Assembly: GCF_001194135.2 (NCBI RefSeq)
Contig: NC_068981.1
Span: 52,830,207-52,894,206, forward strand
Direction: 5' to 3'
Source of the DNA: Octopus bimaculoides
Taxonomy: Eukaryota
DNA: 64,000 bases
The translations under genes and the position numbers were made by a program. Each line of letters begins with the position of its first letter. Positions within the stretch are counted from its first letter, which is position 1. A model generated the notes under the pieces. That model saw only the letters and a list, made by a program, of their open reading frames with translations. It did not search any database and had not been told where the DNA came from. Of the stretch, positions 63,933-64,000 are shown piece by piece.

Positions 63933-64000
<68 letters not shown>

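Noticed and set aside
53400-64000. Search for the next constitutive exon (KKLED.I.LAEL)
   Set aside because: Not found. The NLEDNLG-like text near 58117 lacks splice signals and similarity.

Overview
AT-rich metazoan genomic DNA, not prokaryotic. The SINE/RTE repeat families, the microsatellite load and the protein sequence point to an octopus; this is an inference. The whole window appears to be the internal part of one + strand gene, CADPS (CAPS/UNC-31, Ca2+-dependent activator of dense-core vesicle secretion). I resolved 13 GT-AG exons from 10028 to 44507. They splice in frame into about 540 aa covering the end of the N-terminal region, the C2 domain, the PH domain and the start of the DUF1041/MUN region. 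The upstream and downstream exons lie outside the window. Three frame-preserving microexon candidates (30, 18 and 33 nt) are missed by the ORF track. One sits in the PH domain and has a competing stop-containing acceptor. Two lie at the AKIE junction, which as I recall is also alternatively spliced in vertebrate CAPS, and each has a TGCATG motif about 50 nt downstream. The introns hold RTE, CR1/L2, R4-like, CRE-like, Penelope, Gypsy, mariner, Tc1, pogo and SINE remnants. There is also an unusual series of inverted repeats: three consecutive fold-backs before exon 22265 and a switchable hairpin over a possible branch point before exon 27721. Two ribozyme-like relics are present (hammerhead-like and HDV-like). 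There are four N gaps. Most ORF-track entries are spurious. Family assignments come from recalled motifs, not database searches.
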